Source: Cyanobacteriota bacterium
GTDB taxonomy: Bacteria > Cyanobacteriota > Cyanobacteriia > Thermostichales > Thermostichaceae
Reading direction: 5' to 3'
NCBI GenBank assembly: GCA_033764955.1
Contig: JANRIL010000034.1
Coordinates: forward strand, 1-62,434
Length of the DNA stretch: 62,434 nt
Shown: positions 49,552-60,200 of the stretch, piece by piece
Layout: each line of letters begins with the position of its first letter
Position numbering within the stretch: position 1 is the first letter of the stretch
Made by a program: the position numbers and the translations under genes
The notes under the pieces: model-generated
What the model was told of the DNA's origin: nothing
The model's database searches: none
What the model saw: the letters and a program-made list of their open reading frames with translations, nothing else

Positions 49552-51432
49552 ATGGCTATGACCGGGATCCCCTTTCATCTGCTGGCTTTGCTGGTATTTT
49601 TACTGAGTCCTTGGTGGGTGCTGAAACGAGAGTTTGGCGGGGTGGGGGTGTTGGTGGGGCCGTGGGGGGTGATCAACCCTCAGTCTCTGGCCTTGCCGGA
49701 GGGCTTAGCTGTGGGTTGGGTCGGCTGGTGGGCGGGGGTTTGGCTGCTGTTGAGCGGGATGGCTTTGGGGGTGATGGTTCTCAAACCAGCTCAGCGCCGT
49801 GCCTATGCCCTTTATGGGTTGGGGATCCTGGGTCTGCTTTTGTTTTTGGTGGGGTTGGGGCTTTTTTATCAGATGATTGGGGCGGTAAATGGCGAAGCTC
49901 TGGCGCAGGGAGTGGCGGCGGCTCGGCTTCCTCTGAAACGCGCCAGCCCTTCCCTAGCCGCCTACGCTAGTGGATTTTATAGCCTGGGGTTGTTGTTGTT
50001 GGGGCGGTTGCAGTTACCAGGCAGCAAAGCGTTTTTGGTGAAGCGACGGCAGATGGTCGTGCCGTTGGTGGCGATGGGGCTGGCGGTGATGGTGGGAGCA
50101 GTTGTAGTCTGGATGCTCCGGCCAGGATTGGGATCCGCAGGGGTAGAGTTATCTGCCTATGAAAGGCTGGTCGGCAAGCTGGATCTGGTGACCTATACGT
50201 TTCAGTTGATGTTTGGCGCGATCACCAGCCTGCCCGGATTGTTTCAAAGCCTGTTGCTGGCTACTCCCCTGATGTTTACGGGGTTGGCGGTGGCTTTTGC
50301 CTTTCATGGGGGCTTGTTTAATATCGGTGCGCCGGGGCAACTGACGATGGGGGCGATTGCCACGATGCTGGTAGGGGTTTATCTACCAGGGCCAACTTGG
50401 TTGGTCTTGCCCCTAGCGATTGCTGCCGCCGCCCTGGGAGGCGCGATCTGGGGAGGGATCCCTGGCTGGTTGAAGGCACGCTTTGGCACCCACGAGGTGA
50501 TCAACACGATCATGCTCAACTACATTGCCTCCTCTCTGTTCTTGTTTTTGATCTCTGCTAACCAATACTCATTTTTTGGTTATGAGATTGAATTGCCTTT
50601 CAAGGCGGCAGGCCCAGAAGCCCGCAGCGAAGAACTCCGTCCAGCAGCCCGTCTTCCCCTCCTCTTGACGATCCTGGGTCGGCAAGGATCGGAGGGAAGT
50701 AGCCTGACTTGGGCGATTCCGTTGGCCTTGCTCCTGGGGCTACTGGTCTATGGATGGTTGAGAGCACTGCCCTGGCAAACCCGTCTGGCCGCCACAGCCG
50801 TTTCTCTGCTGGCGGGCTATGGGATGGGATCCCTTTTGCCCCCCATCCCGGTCACGTTCTCTCCTGCCCTCACCTCAGTTCGCTTGAATGGCTCGTTTTT
50901 CATTGCTCTGGTGGCGGTGCTGGGGGTGAATCTCTATCTGTGGCGCACCAAGGGGGGCTACGAGCTACGTGCCACCGGATTATCTCCCAAAGCGGCGGAA
51001 TATGCGGGGGTCAACTTGGCACAAAAAATGGTGTTGGCGATGGCGGTGTCCGGTGCGCTAGCGGGTCTGGCCGCCACCCACTACGTGTTGGGATCCGGTA
51101 TTGATGAATATCGCCTCAAGCAATCGCTGCCCACCAGTGTCGGCTTTGATGGGATCGCCGTCGCCCTGATGGGACAAAACTCCCCCCTAGGAATTGCCCT
51201 CACCTCCTTCCTGTTTGGCGTGTTGTTGACGGGTGGACTACAGCTTAATCTGGAACTGGGCATCAGTCGGGAACTGGTAACCACACTGCAAGCGTTGATC
51301 GTTCTATTTATGGCGGCAGGAGGATTTTTGCCCAGCTACTTTAGGGATCCCCTCCAGGCCGCCCAGGTGGAGATGGAGGCGCACTCCCCACTAACCCCAG
51401 AAAGCCTAGCCGAACCGCAGGAGGTGGCCTAA
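49552..51432 (+). CDS. ABC transporter permease (nucleoside/BMP type) with long N-terminal membrane extension
   Basis: GLFNIGAPGQ, HEVINTIMLN, GFDGIAVAL. Confidence 0.88.
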   Translation: MAMTGIPFHLLALLVFLLSPWWVLKREFGGVGVLVGPWGVINPQSLALPEGLAVGWVGWWAGVWLLLSGMALGVMVLKPAQRRAYALYGLGILGLLLFLVGLGLFYQMIGAVNGEALAQGVAAARLPLKRASPSLAAYASGFYSLGLLLLGRLQLPGSKAFLVKRRQMVVPLVAMGLAVMVGAVVVWMLRPGLGSAGVELSAYERLVGKLDLVTYTFQLMFGAITSLPGLFQSLLLATPLMFTGLAVAFAFHGGLFNIGAPGQLTMGAIATMLVGVYLPGPTWLVLPLAIAAAALGGAIWGGIPGWLKARFGTHEVINTIMLNYIASSLFLFLISANQYSFFGYEIELPFKAAGPEARSEELRPAARLPLLLTILGRQGSEGSSLTWAIPLALLLGLLVYGWLRALPWQTRLAATAVSLLAGYGMGSLLPPIPVTFSPALTSVRLNGSFFIALVAVLGVNLYLWRTKGGYELRATGLSPKAAEYAGVNLAQKMVLAMAVSGALAGLAATHYVLGSGIDEYRLKQSLPTSVGFDGIAVALMGQNSPLGIALTSFLFGVLLTGGLQLNLELGISRELVTTLQALIVLFMAAGGFLPSYFRDPLQAAQVEMEAHSPLTPESLAEPQEVA

Positions 51433-52346
51433 TGCCGACGTTTCTTTTGGCGCTCATTCCGGCCACCTTGCGATCCACCACACCCCTCTTGTTGACCGCC
51501 TTGGGGGGGATGTTTGCCGAGCGGAGTGGGGTGGTCAATATAGCCCTGGAAGGGATCATGCTGTTTGGGGCGTTGGCAGCGGCTCTCACCACCCAACAAC
51601 TGGAAGCCCCCTATCTGGCGGTGGATGCCAATGCCCAGGTGTTTTGGATCCCGTGGCTGGGGTTGCTGGCGGGGGCGATTGGGGGAGCCATGATTGCGGC
51701 AGTCCATGCAGTGGTGAGCATTCACTACAAAGCGGATCAGATTGTCAGTGGGACAGCGATCAACCTATTGGCGTTTAGTGTGCCTTCCATCCTCTTGCAG
51801 TTTTTTTATAACAACACCACCAACTCTCAAGAAATCCTCAATCGCTTGCCCCTCTGGCTGGGGTTTAGCCCCCTGGTTTATCTGGCGTTTGGGCTAGTGC
51901 CCTTCAGTTGGTGGTTGCTGTTCAAAACCTCCTGGGGGCTGCGGTTGCGAGCGGTGGGAGAACATCCCCAGGCTGCCGATACGATGGGGGTGAATGTGGC
52001 ACGGGTGCGCTACGGAGCGGTGCTGCTGTCGGGGGTGTTGGCAGGGTTGGCGGGAGCCTACTTGTCCATTGGTTTTCTCAATCAATTTGTGCGGGGCATG
52101 TCAGCCGGAAAGGGCTTTATTGCTCTGGCGGCGATGATTTTTGGCAAGTGGCATCCCTTCGGCATTTTCGGGGCAACCCTGCTGTTTGGTCTGGCGGATG
52201 CCCTCGCCATTCAACTTCAGGGGGGAGCCATCCTGCCCGCAGTGCTCATTCAGGCGTTTCCGTTTGTCTTGACCATGCTGGTGTTGGCGGGGTTGATCAA
52301 TCGCGCCCGTCCGCCTGCCGCTCTCGGCAAACCCTACACCTCCTGA
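51432..52346 (+). CDS. ABC transporter permease (nucleoside/BMP type)
   Basis: ERSGVVNIALEG, LRAVGEHP, GFIALAAMIFGKW. Confidence 0.92.
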   Translation: MPTFLLALIPATLRSTTPLLLTALGGMFAERSGVVNIALEGIMLFGALAAALTTQQLEAPYLAVDANAQVFWIPWLGLLAGAIGGAMIAAVHAVVSIHYKADQIVSGTAINLLAFSVPSILLQFFYNNTTNSQEILNRLPLWLGFSPLVYLAFGLVPFSWWLLFKTSWGLRLRAVGEHPQAADTMGVNVARVRYGAVLLSGVLAGLAGAYLSIGFLNQFVRGMSAGKGFIALAAMIFGKWHPFGIFGATLLFGLADALAIQLQGGAILPAVLIQAFPFVLTMLVLAGLINRARPPAALGKPYTS

Positions 52347-52407
52347 TCCTCCTGGTTCTCCCCGAACACCCTAAACAATCGTCTCAATTTGACGGTGGCG
52401 ATAAAGT

Positions 52408-53688
52408 TTGATGGAGACTGATGAAGAACACCATTTCATTGAGAAGCAGCGTTGCATGGCATCTGGTCGCTTATCCAAATCCCCTCGACAAGCTCAGCCG
52501 ATTCGGTCTGGGCATTATCCCGCCAAAGAACTGTGCAGCGAGTGTGGCCTCTGCGACACCCAATATGTGCAATATGTCAAATCGGCCTGCGCCTTTATCA
52601 ACCCGCAAATCGAAGCCCTCGAACAGCAAACCCACGGCCAATCTCGTGCCATAGAGGACGCTACAAATTCTGCTACCCGTCAATCACCCACTGATACCGA
52701 CTACTTTGGCGTTCACCAAGCCATGTTGACCGCCCGCAAACGAGATCCCATCGCGGGTGCTCAATGGACGGGCATTGTCAGCACTATTGCCATCGCCGCC
52801 CTTGAGCAAGGCTGGGTGGAGGGGGTGATCTGCGTGCAAGCGGATGAGACGGATCGCTTCCAACCTCGTCCGGTGCTGGCTCGTACCGCCGCTGAGATTC
52901 TGGCGGCAAAGGTGAATAAACCCACCCTCTCCCCCAATCTCTCGGTGCTAGAAACCGTCAAACAGTCCGGTTGTCGGCGTTTGTTGGTAATTGGGGTGGG
53001 CTGCCAGATCCAAGCGCTGCGAGCGGTAGAATCACAGTTGGGACTGGAGAAACTCTATGTCTTAGGCACTCCCTGTGTGGATAATGTCAGTCGGGCGGGT
53101 CTGCAAAAGTTTTTGGAAGTGACCAGCCATTCTCCTGCAACCGTGGTCAGCTACGAGTTTATGCAGGATTTTCGCGTGCATTTTAAGCACGAAGATGGCT
53201 CGGTGGAAAAAGTCCCTTTCTTTGGCTTGAAAACCCCTCAACTCAAGGATGTCTTTGCCCCCTCCTGCCTGAGTTGTTTTGATTATGTGAATGGCTTGGC
53301 GGATTTGGTGGTGGGCTATATGGGATCCCCTTTTGGCTGGCAATGGCTGGTGGTTCGCAATGAACGGGGGCAAGCCCTGCTGGATTTGGTGAAGGATCAA
53401 CTGGATTGGCAACCCGTCATCTCCAAAGGCCAGCGACAAGCGGCGGTGCAGCAATCCATCAGTCTCTATGATCGAGCCGCTAGTCTCCCCATGTGGTTAG
53501 CGCGGTTGATGGCTAGTGTGATTGATAAAATCGGTCCGCAAGGGCTGGAGTATGCGCGATTTTCGATTGACTCCCATTTCACCCGCAACTATCTTTATGT
53601 ACGCCGTCATTATCCACAAAAATTGGCTCGCCAAGTGCCAGGGTTTGCTCAGCGGATTGTGGCTCAATATCAACTGCCTAACGACTAA
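52408..53688 (+). CDS. bciB: Ferredoxin-dependent 8-vinyl reductase (F420 hydrogenase beta family)
   Basis: CSECGLC, GAQWTGIV, GTPCVDN, CLSCFDYVN. Confidence 0.85.
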   Translation: MMETDEEHHFIEKQRCMASGRLSKSPRQAQPIRSGHYPAKELCSECGLCDTQYVQYVKSACAFINPQIEALEQQTHGQSRAIEDATNSATRQSPTDTDYFGVHQAMLTARKRDPIAGAQWTGIVSTIAIAALEQGWVEGVICVQADETDRFQPRPVLARTAAEILAAKVNKPTLSPNLSVLETVKQSGCRRLLVIGVGCQIQALRAVESQLGLEKLYVLGTPCVDNVSRAGLQKFLEVTSHSPATVVSYEFMQDFRVHFKHEDGSVEKVPFFGLKTPQLKDVFAPSCLSCFDYVNGLADLVVGYMGSPFGWQWLVVRNERGQALLDLVKDQLDWQPVISKGQRQAAVQQSISLYDRAASLPMWLARLMASVIDKIGPQGLEYARFSIDSHFTRNYLYVRRHYPQKLARQVPGFAQRIVAQYQLPND

Positions 53689-53704
53689 AGAAAAAGTTAG
53701 TTGC

Positions 53705-54760
53705 TTAAAGAGTATATCCATACGCCTGCATTTTCGGGCCAATGATAGCTAGCAATCGCTCTACATCATCTGAGCTGAGGCGTTTTTTCCAAGCATCATT
53801 ACGCCCATCCATCTTTAGTTTGCTGGCCTCCTTTTGGAAGATAGTTTCAATGTGGGGATCCCAAGTAAGCTGAGAGAAATTGGCAATTTTTTGTAGGTAA
53901 GCCAGCGGTTCAGTGACAAAATCTTCGTAGCGCAGTTCCAGATAGCGATCGGGGGAAATAACCTGCCGATCCCGTTCCACCGTTTCTACCACCTCTCGCC
54001 ATAGCATCCCAATCGAGCTGATGGGATCGCTTTCCCAAGCGGCTTCGATGTCTGCCCAGGCTTTCACCTTGACTCCACTTTTGGCATGACGGTGATCAGG
54101 GCCAAAAAACTGTTCGGCAATCTGACGCACCTTGAGTAGTGAACTACAAACCGCTCGACCATCGCGGATAATGTTGATGAAATAGGCATCGGGAAAGAGT
54201 TTATTAAGATAGCGAATTCTCACAGAGTTGTCAGGGTTTTTGTTGATAAATCGTTTGCCAGAAAAATACTTGAGATGCTTACGAATCGTATATTTCAGAT
54301 ATTTCTCCATGTCAGGATTATCATAGGTTTCATCCAGACAATAGTCTCCCCCTTCCGGGGCGCAAAATTCCCAAATGCGGATCCCTTCGTTGGGAGTGGC
54401 ATAGGTAAAGGGGATCCCATCCTGTAAAAAACGTTCCTGGACAACTTCATCTAGTTCTAACCATTTCCCAATGGTGTTAGATACTATCGGGATGCGGGGC
54501 AGAAGATTAGAGGCATTAGTGAGAAAAACCATCTCAGGGTGTTGAGCAATCGCCTCATATAAAACAGTCGTGCCGGAGCGATGGCAGCCCACAATAAAAA
54601 TGGGTTTGTTAATAGGAATATCCTCCAGGTTCTGGCTGTAGAATAATTGTTCAATGGCTGCCAGAGGCGCTTCCACAAGAGGTGGCAAGCTCATCGTGAC
54701 GTAGGATTTTTGCATCTCTTCCATCACTTTCTTCTTGACAAAATAAGGTAGAATGCCCAT
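53705..54760 (-). CDS. Sulfotransferase
   Basis: IVGCHRSGTT (5'-PSB), IIRDGRAVCSS (3'-PB), RYEDFV. Confidence 0.9.
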   Translation of the reverse strand: MGILPYFVKKKVMEEMQKSYVTMSLPPLVEAPLAAIEQLFYSQNLEDIPINKPIFIVGCHRSGTTVLYEAIAQHPEMVFLTNASNLLPRIPIVSNTIGKWLELDEVVQERFLQDGIPFTYATPNEGIRIWEFCAPEGGDYCLDETYDNPDMEKYLKYTIRKHLKYFSGKRFINKNPDNSVRIRYLNKLFPDAYFINIIRDGRAVCSSLLKVRQIAEQFFGPDHRHAKSGVKVKAWADIEAAWESDPISSIGMLWREVVETVERDRQVISPDRYLELRYEDFVTEPLAYLQKIANFSQLTWDPHIETIFQKEASKLKMDGRNDAWKKRLSSDDVERLLAIIGPKMQAYGYTL

Positions 54761-54835
54761 GGATAATCTTCTCCGGAAAGGTAAAGCTAGTCAGCTCAAA
54801 TTGCTAATCCAAAATATCCCTAACTATGAGTTCAA

Positions 54836-55906
54836 TCATGAAAGGGATCCCTTCACTAATGGATCCAGGTTATAGCCGTATTCCAGCATTTTGCTACCAA
54901 TGATATCTATCAACTGTTCGATTTCTGTGGAGGATAACTTTTGCTTCCAGGCATCGTTTCGCTGTCCTAAGCTCAGTTTTTGAGCAGCCTGTGTCATTTG
55001 AGTCTGGATATGTGGATCCCAAGCAAGCTGACAAAACTCAATCATCTTTTGTAGGGAGATCAGGGGATCCCCCACAACATCTTCATAGCGAACTTGCAAA
55101 TAGCGATGGGGATCGATAGCCTGTTGATCCCGCTCTAGAGTTTCGATGATTTCTCGCCACAATAGTCCAATCGCCACAACCGGTTTGGTCTGCCAGTAGG
55201 TTTGAATGTGATCCCAAGCTTTCACCTTGACTCCACTGGTAGCATGGCGATGTTCGGAGCCAAAAAACTGCGCTGCTGCCTGTCGAAACTTAAGGAGAGA
55301 GTGACAAACCGCCCGACCATCCCGAATGATATGGATGAAATAAGCATCCGGGAATAATTTGTTAAGATAGCGAATTCGGACGGAGTTGTCAGGATTTTTG
55401 TTGAGGAAGCGAGACTTTTTCCAGTGGTAGAGATGCTTTTGAATGGTGGTTTTAAGATAGTTATCCATTGCCGGATTATCATAGGTTTCATCCAAGCAAT
55501 AATCTCCGCCCACCGGAGCTAAATGTTCCCAGATACGGATCCCTTCACTGGGAGTGCTGTAGGAAATGGCCAGATCATCCTGAACAAACCGTTCAACGCT
55601 GGCGGAATCGGCTCCGACCACTCCCATCAGTTGATTGACTAAAATGGGAATACTGGGCAACATGCTGGAGGCATTGGTGAAATAGGCTAAATCGGGGTGT
55701 TGAGCCAGTGTTTCATAAAGAATTGTTGTGCCAGAACGATGACATCCCACAATAAAGATTGGTTTTTCAATGATAGTCTGGTGAGCTGGGTTTTCGTAAA
55801 GTATTTTCTCTAGCCATTCCACGGGCTTTTCAACAAAAGGAGGTAAGTGCAGATCCAGATAGTTTTTCTCCAAATGGATCAAGATTTTTTGTCTGAGGTT
55901 TGCCAT
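54836..55906 (-). CDS. Sulfotransferase, paralogue of the neighbouring gene
   Basis: IVGCHRSGTT, IIRDGRAVCHS, RYEDVV. Confidence 0.9.
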   Translation of the reverse strand: MANLRQKILIHLEKNYLDLHLPPFVEKPVEWLEKILYENPAHQTIIEKPIFIVGCHRSGTTILYETLAQHPDLAYFTNASSMLPSIPILVNQLMGVVGADSASVERFVQDDLAISYSTPSEGIRIWEHLAPVGGDYCLDETYDNPAMDNYLKTTIQKHLYHWKKSRFLNKNPDNSVRIRYLNKLFPDAYFIHIIRDGRAVCHSLLKFRQAAAQFFGSEHRHATSGVKVKAWDHIQTYWQTKPVVAIGLLWREIIETLERDQQAIDPHRYLQVRYEDVVGDPLISLQKMIEFCQLAWDPHIQTQMTQAAQKLSLGQRNDAWKQKLSSTEIEQLIDIIGSKMLEYGYNLDPLVKGSLS

Positions 55907-55915
55907 AGAGTTAAT

Positions 55916-57163
55916 TTAGATTGCTCCAAAGTCTTTATCCAGGGCTTGTCGTGCGCCTCGTTCTAACCAATCAGCCAGATCTACTCCGTGATCAGGGTGC
56001 AAATGATGCCAGTTTTCCCCCAATAAAGCATCCACATGATCGGTGAGGGCATGGGTGCGGGCGCGGTTCATATAACCGACAAAAGGCTCGATCAAATTGG
56101 TGTAGTAAATCTTATCCATCATTGAAAGTTTGGGTAAGATATCTTTCTTAAATTGATCAGGGGTTACTTGGGTGACTAGCTTAGCTTTATCCGGCTCTGT
56201 GGCCTCACATAACTCCCGAATAAAGCGAATGGGAATCGGTCGCCAACGATTCACCAAATGAAAGATTTGATAGCCCAAATCGGGGGTCATGCCGCCATCC
56301 CCAAATAGAACAGCTAGCTGCATCATGGCTTTGGTCACGCTATCAGCATCCGAAATATTCAAAACTGTGTTTTCATTAACCGGAATATATTTCAACGGAC
56401 TATTGATGGTAGGACCATTGGGAAGTTTGATTTTGGTGCGTCCTAGCATCGCTGCCATCAACTGATAGACAACCTTGAAATCATCGGTAATTAAACCAGG
56501 ATTATAGGCGCTCACCTCCTTAACAGGAATGTGGTGCATGATAATGTCAGGTCGAAAAATCAGCAGATTAAATGGCAGAGATCCCGACTCCACTAACGAT
56601 TGTAGATAGGTTTCTGCCTTCAATTTAGAGTAGCCATAGGCGTTATGGTGATCCATCTCCGCCAGATCATGAAAAGCCTCTGGAACGGTATATTCTCCAT
56701 CGGGGTCCCCAGCTTTTTCAAACACATAAAAGGTAGAGGTATGGCAGACCGTGCGGGGGATATGTTGGGTTGCTGCCGCCGTTTCGATAAAGTTGACGGT
56801 GTAGTCCAGATTGGTGACCAGGGAAGTTTTATCCCCTAGTTTTTTGAAGGTGACATCCCCCGCCATGTGCAGCCAGCAATCCGCTTGTAGGGATCCCATC
56901 GCCTCTGGGTTGCCCAGATAGGGAGAACTGAGTTCGCCGGGAATTACTGTCACCCGCTCCCGTTGGGAGGCTAAGCCAATCGAGTCCAAAACCTTGAGTA
57001 GGCGACGTTGGGCATCCGCCTGGGCTTTCTCCCCCTTTTCCTGGGGGCGAATCAACACCGCCACCCGTTCGTCTGGTAGTTCGGTCAAGAACCAAAAGAG
57101 TGTCCAGCGACCTAAGTATCCCGTCACTCCATCCATAAAAACAATATGTCGGCCTGCTGTCAT
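55916..57163 (-). CDS. Extended SDR, thioester-reductase/FAR-like
   Basis: DGVTGYLG, HMAGDV, YGYSK, FRPDII. Confidence 0.75.
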   Translation of the reverse strand: MTAGRHIVFMDGVTGYLGRWTLFWFLTELPDERVAVLIRPQEKGEKAQADAQRRLLKVLDSIGLASQRERVTVIPGELSSPYLGNPEAMGSLQADCWLHMAGDVTFKKLGDKTSLVTNLDYTVNFIETAAATQHIPRTVCHTSTFYVFEKAGDPDGEYTVPEAFHDLAEMDHHNAYGYSKLKAETYLQSLVESGSLPFNLLIFRPDIIMHHIPVKEVSAYNPGLITDDFKVVYQLMAAMLGRTKIKLPNGPTINSPLKYIPVNENTVLNISDADSVTKAMMQLAVLFGDGGMTPDLGYQIFHLVNRWRPIPIRFIRELCEATEPDKAKLVTQVTPDQFKKDILPKLSMMDKIYYTNLIEPFVGYMNRARTHALTDHVDALLGENWHHLHPDHGVDLADWLERGARQALDKDFGAI

Positions 57164-57274
57164 GAGCGTTTCCCTTGGGGATCCTGCGATAAAGTCGTGG
57201 ACTGGAGCAGCCTAACCTGAATGGCGGGAAATTTTCCAGAGCCATGTCTAGAGAAAATTCCCAGAGCCAATTGC

Positions 57275-60200
57275 CTAGAGATAGGTGAGCAATAGCTCCC
57301 GTGCTGCCGGACGCGCTAACTCCGATAGCCCCGCCAGGCGGATCCCCGCTTGACTGAGATGATCCGCCCGCGTCAGGAAGGCGGCTCCGTGCAGGAGCGC
57401 CAACCCCATCAGCACAACATCCCGATTCTCTAGCGGCTCTAACCAGGATCCCGCCACCCAGTTGTTGAATAATCCCATCGCCGGACCACACCAAATTTGG
57501 TAGTCTGACTTGCGATCCGCCTGCCCCGACTGTGCCCAGCGGGAGCTTAACCCCAAATAAGCGCGGAAAGTCAGGGCCATTTGGAACTTGGGATCCCGTT
57601 CGGCTTTTTCCAAATTTTTCGGATCCCGTTGCCGCCAGTATTGGGCGGTGCTCGCCCAAACCTCCGCGAGGGGCTGCCGGAATAGATCCCGCTCCAGCTT
57701 GGCTCGCTCTTCGGCGGGGATCGCCTCTAGGCCGTCGTAGGTTTTGTAGATGTCGTAGAGTTTTTTGGCGCGTTGGGCATAGAAACTGCCCCCTTTGAGA
57801 ATCTGCACCTGTACTCCCATCTCAAACATATCCGCCGCCGGAGCCATTACTACATCGGTCATGCTGGCTTTGGCAAGCATTTCTTTCGCCAAGTGAGAGG
57901 TGCCCGCTTGCCAACTGCTTTGATTCATCGATCCGGTCAGCAGATAGTCGGCTCCCAAAGCCAAGGCTGCCCGTGCCGAGAGGGGATCCCCAATACTGCC
58001 TGCGGATCCCACCCGCAGGTCGATGCCTAGGGTCTGATACTGGTGACGGGCGGCCACCTCATCTCGCAGGCGAATCATTTGGGGCAACAACACCGAGAGG
58101 GGGCGGCGATCGGTGTGGCCGCCGCTATCGGCTTCGGCGGTGATATCTTGCGCCACCGGCAGGAGAGCCGCTAGTTCCGCCTCTTCTATGGTCAATTTGC
58201 CCTGAGCCACCAGTTGTTTGAGCATGGCTGCTGGGGGAGGAGCCATAAACTGGCTAGCCACCTCTAGAGAACTGACTTTGGCAAACACTCGGTTGGGAGT
58301 GACAATTCGTCCATCCGCGAGGCGCTGCATCCCTGTGGCCCGATAGCGAACCACACTGGGCATCAGGCGCAAATAAGCGGAGGCAGAGACTTTGTGAACC
58401 CCGTGCTGAAGATAGAGATCGACGGTGCGCTCCTCCATGCCCGACTCAATCGGATTATGCAGCAGATTAAAGCCAAAGGCAGCGTGGGGATGATCGATGA
58501 GTTGCTGTTTTACCTCCAGGATGGCTTTTTCCACCCGTCCCAGATCCAAGCCGCCAGAGCCAAAAAAGCCCAACATGCCTGCTTTAGCCATCGCCACCAC
58601 TATATCCACCGAGCCGATGCCACCCGCCATCGCTCCGGCGATGTAGTTAAATTTCACCCCATGATCCTGCCGGAAACTAGGGGATCCCAAATCCTGGGGA
58701 CGGATGGCTGGAACCCAACCCCGCAGGCATCCCATGCTGAGGATCTCAGGCGTGGTCTGAGCCGTCACAGGAATCACCGTCGGGGTATCCTCACGAGTGA
58801 GCACCGCTAACGGCAGATCCAACGCCGACAGACAGGTGGCGAGATCGCCCGTGGAGGGGAAATGAGTGGGGGTGGGCTGGGGAGATCCCACCACCGCTAG
58901 GGGTTGCTCTAGCTTATGGAGGGCGGATCCCAGGTTAACCACCTCTGGAGCTTGCCCCGTTGGCAGGGAATCCTGGCTGGACTGAGGCTGGGCTGAGGAG
59001 GCCAGACGATCCTGATAAAACTCCCGATAGATGCGCGTGGAGCGCAGTTCCCGGCGAAAGGCTTCGCTGCGATAAAACTCAGGATCATAGGCTTCCACAA
59101 TCACATGGAAATTGGTGCCCCCAAAGCCAAAGGAATTGACTCCCGCCCGCCGCGGTGTGACCTCCGTATGTTCCCACTCGCAGGTGGTGGTGTTGATAAT
59201 AAAGGGAGCCGCTTGCTGATCAATCTTGGGGTTAGGGGTCTCAAAGTTGAGGGTGGGGGGAACTTTCCCCTGCTGCACACTCAAAATCGCTTTAATCAAT
59301 CCGGCCACTCCGGCGGAGGTTTTGAGGTGTCCTACCATTGATTTGACAGATCCCAGATAAACCGGACGCTGGCGGGCTGACTCACCAAAGATTTCCGCTA
59401 ATGAGGCAAACTCGGTAGCATCCCCCAGGGGAGTAGAGGTGCCGTGGGCTTCCACCAAGCCAATGGTGGCCGGATCCACACCCGCATCGGCGTAGGCATG
59501 GCGCATGGCTGCCACCTGCCCTTCTTGGCTGGGGGCGGTGATCCCGCGTCCGCGTCCATCAGAGGAACTGCCGGTGCCGCGAATCACGGCATGAATCTTG
59601 TCTCCCGCCGCCTCGGCATCCCGCAACCGCTTCAGCAGCAGAATACCGGATCCCTCTCCCATGACAAAACCATCCGCTTTGGCATCAAAGGGATAGCTAC
59701 CTTTGGCGCTGAGGGCATAGGTTTTGCAGAAACCAACATAGGATCCGGCTGACATGGCACTATCGGATCCCCCCATCACCACCATGTCCACTTCCCCCAT
59801 CCGCAGGCTTTTGACCGCGTGATCGAGGGCGGCTAAAGAGGCAGCACAGGCGGCATCCAAAACGACATTTCCCCCTTGCAAATCAAAGCAGTAGGCCACC
59901 CGTCCCGCCACGATATTGGGCAAGCCCCCCGGCATAGAGTCCTCAGAGGAGGCCGGGATCCGTTTATTGATGTGCTGCCGAGCCTGTTCAATCATCTGAC
60001 TCTGGATGTCAGGGGGCAGGGATTGAAACACGGCTGAGGCTTGAAACCCTTCCGCTACCTCGTCAAAAAACACCCGCGGAGCTGCTAAGTCGTGAAACTC
60101 AGGGATCGAGGTGCCAATGATCACCCGCACCCTTGTCCGATCAAACTCCTTGTCGTAATAGCCACTGTCTTTGAGGGCTTCGCGGGTAGCCAAGAGCGCC

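Noticed and set aside
56829..57659. 276-aa alternative-frame ORF bridging PKS and SDR (frameshift fusion)
   Set aside because: No motifs; both real genes have their own intact stop and start
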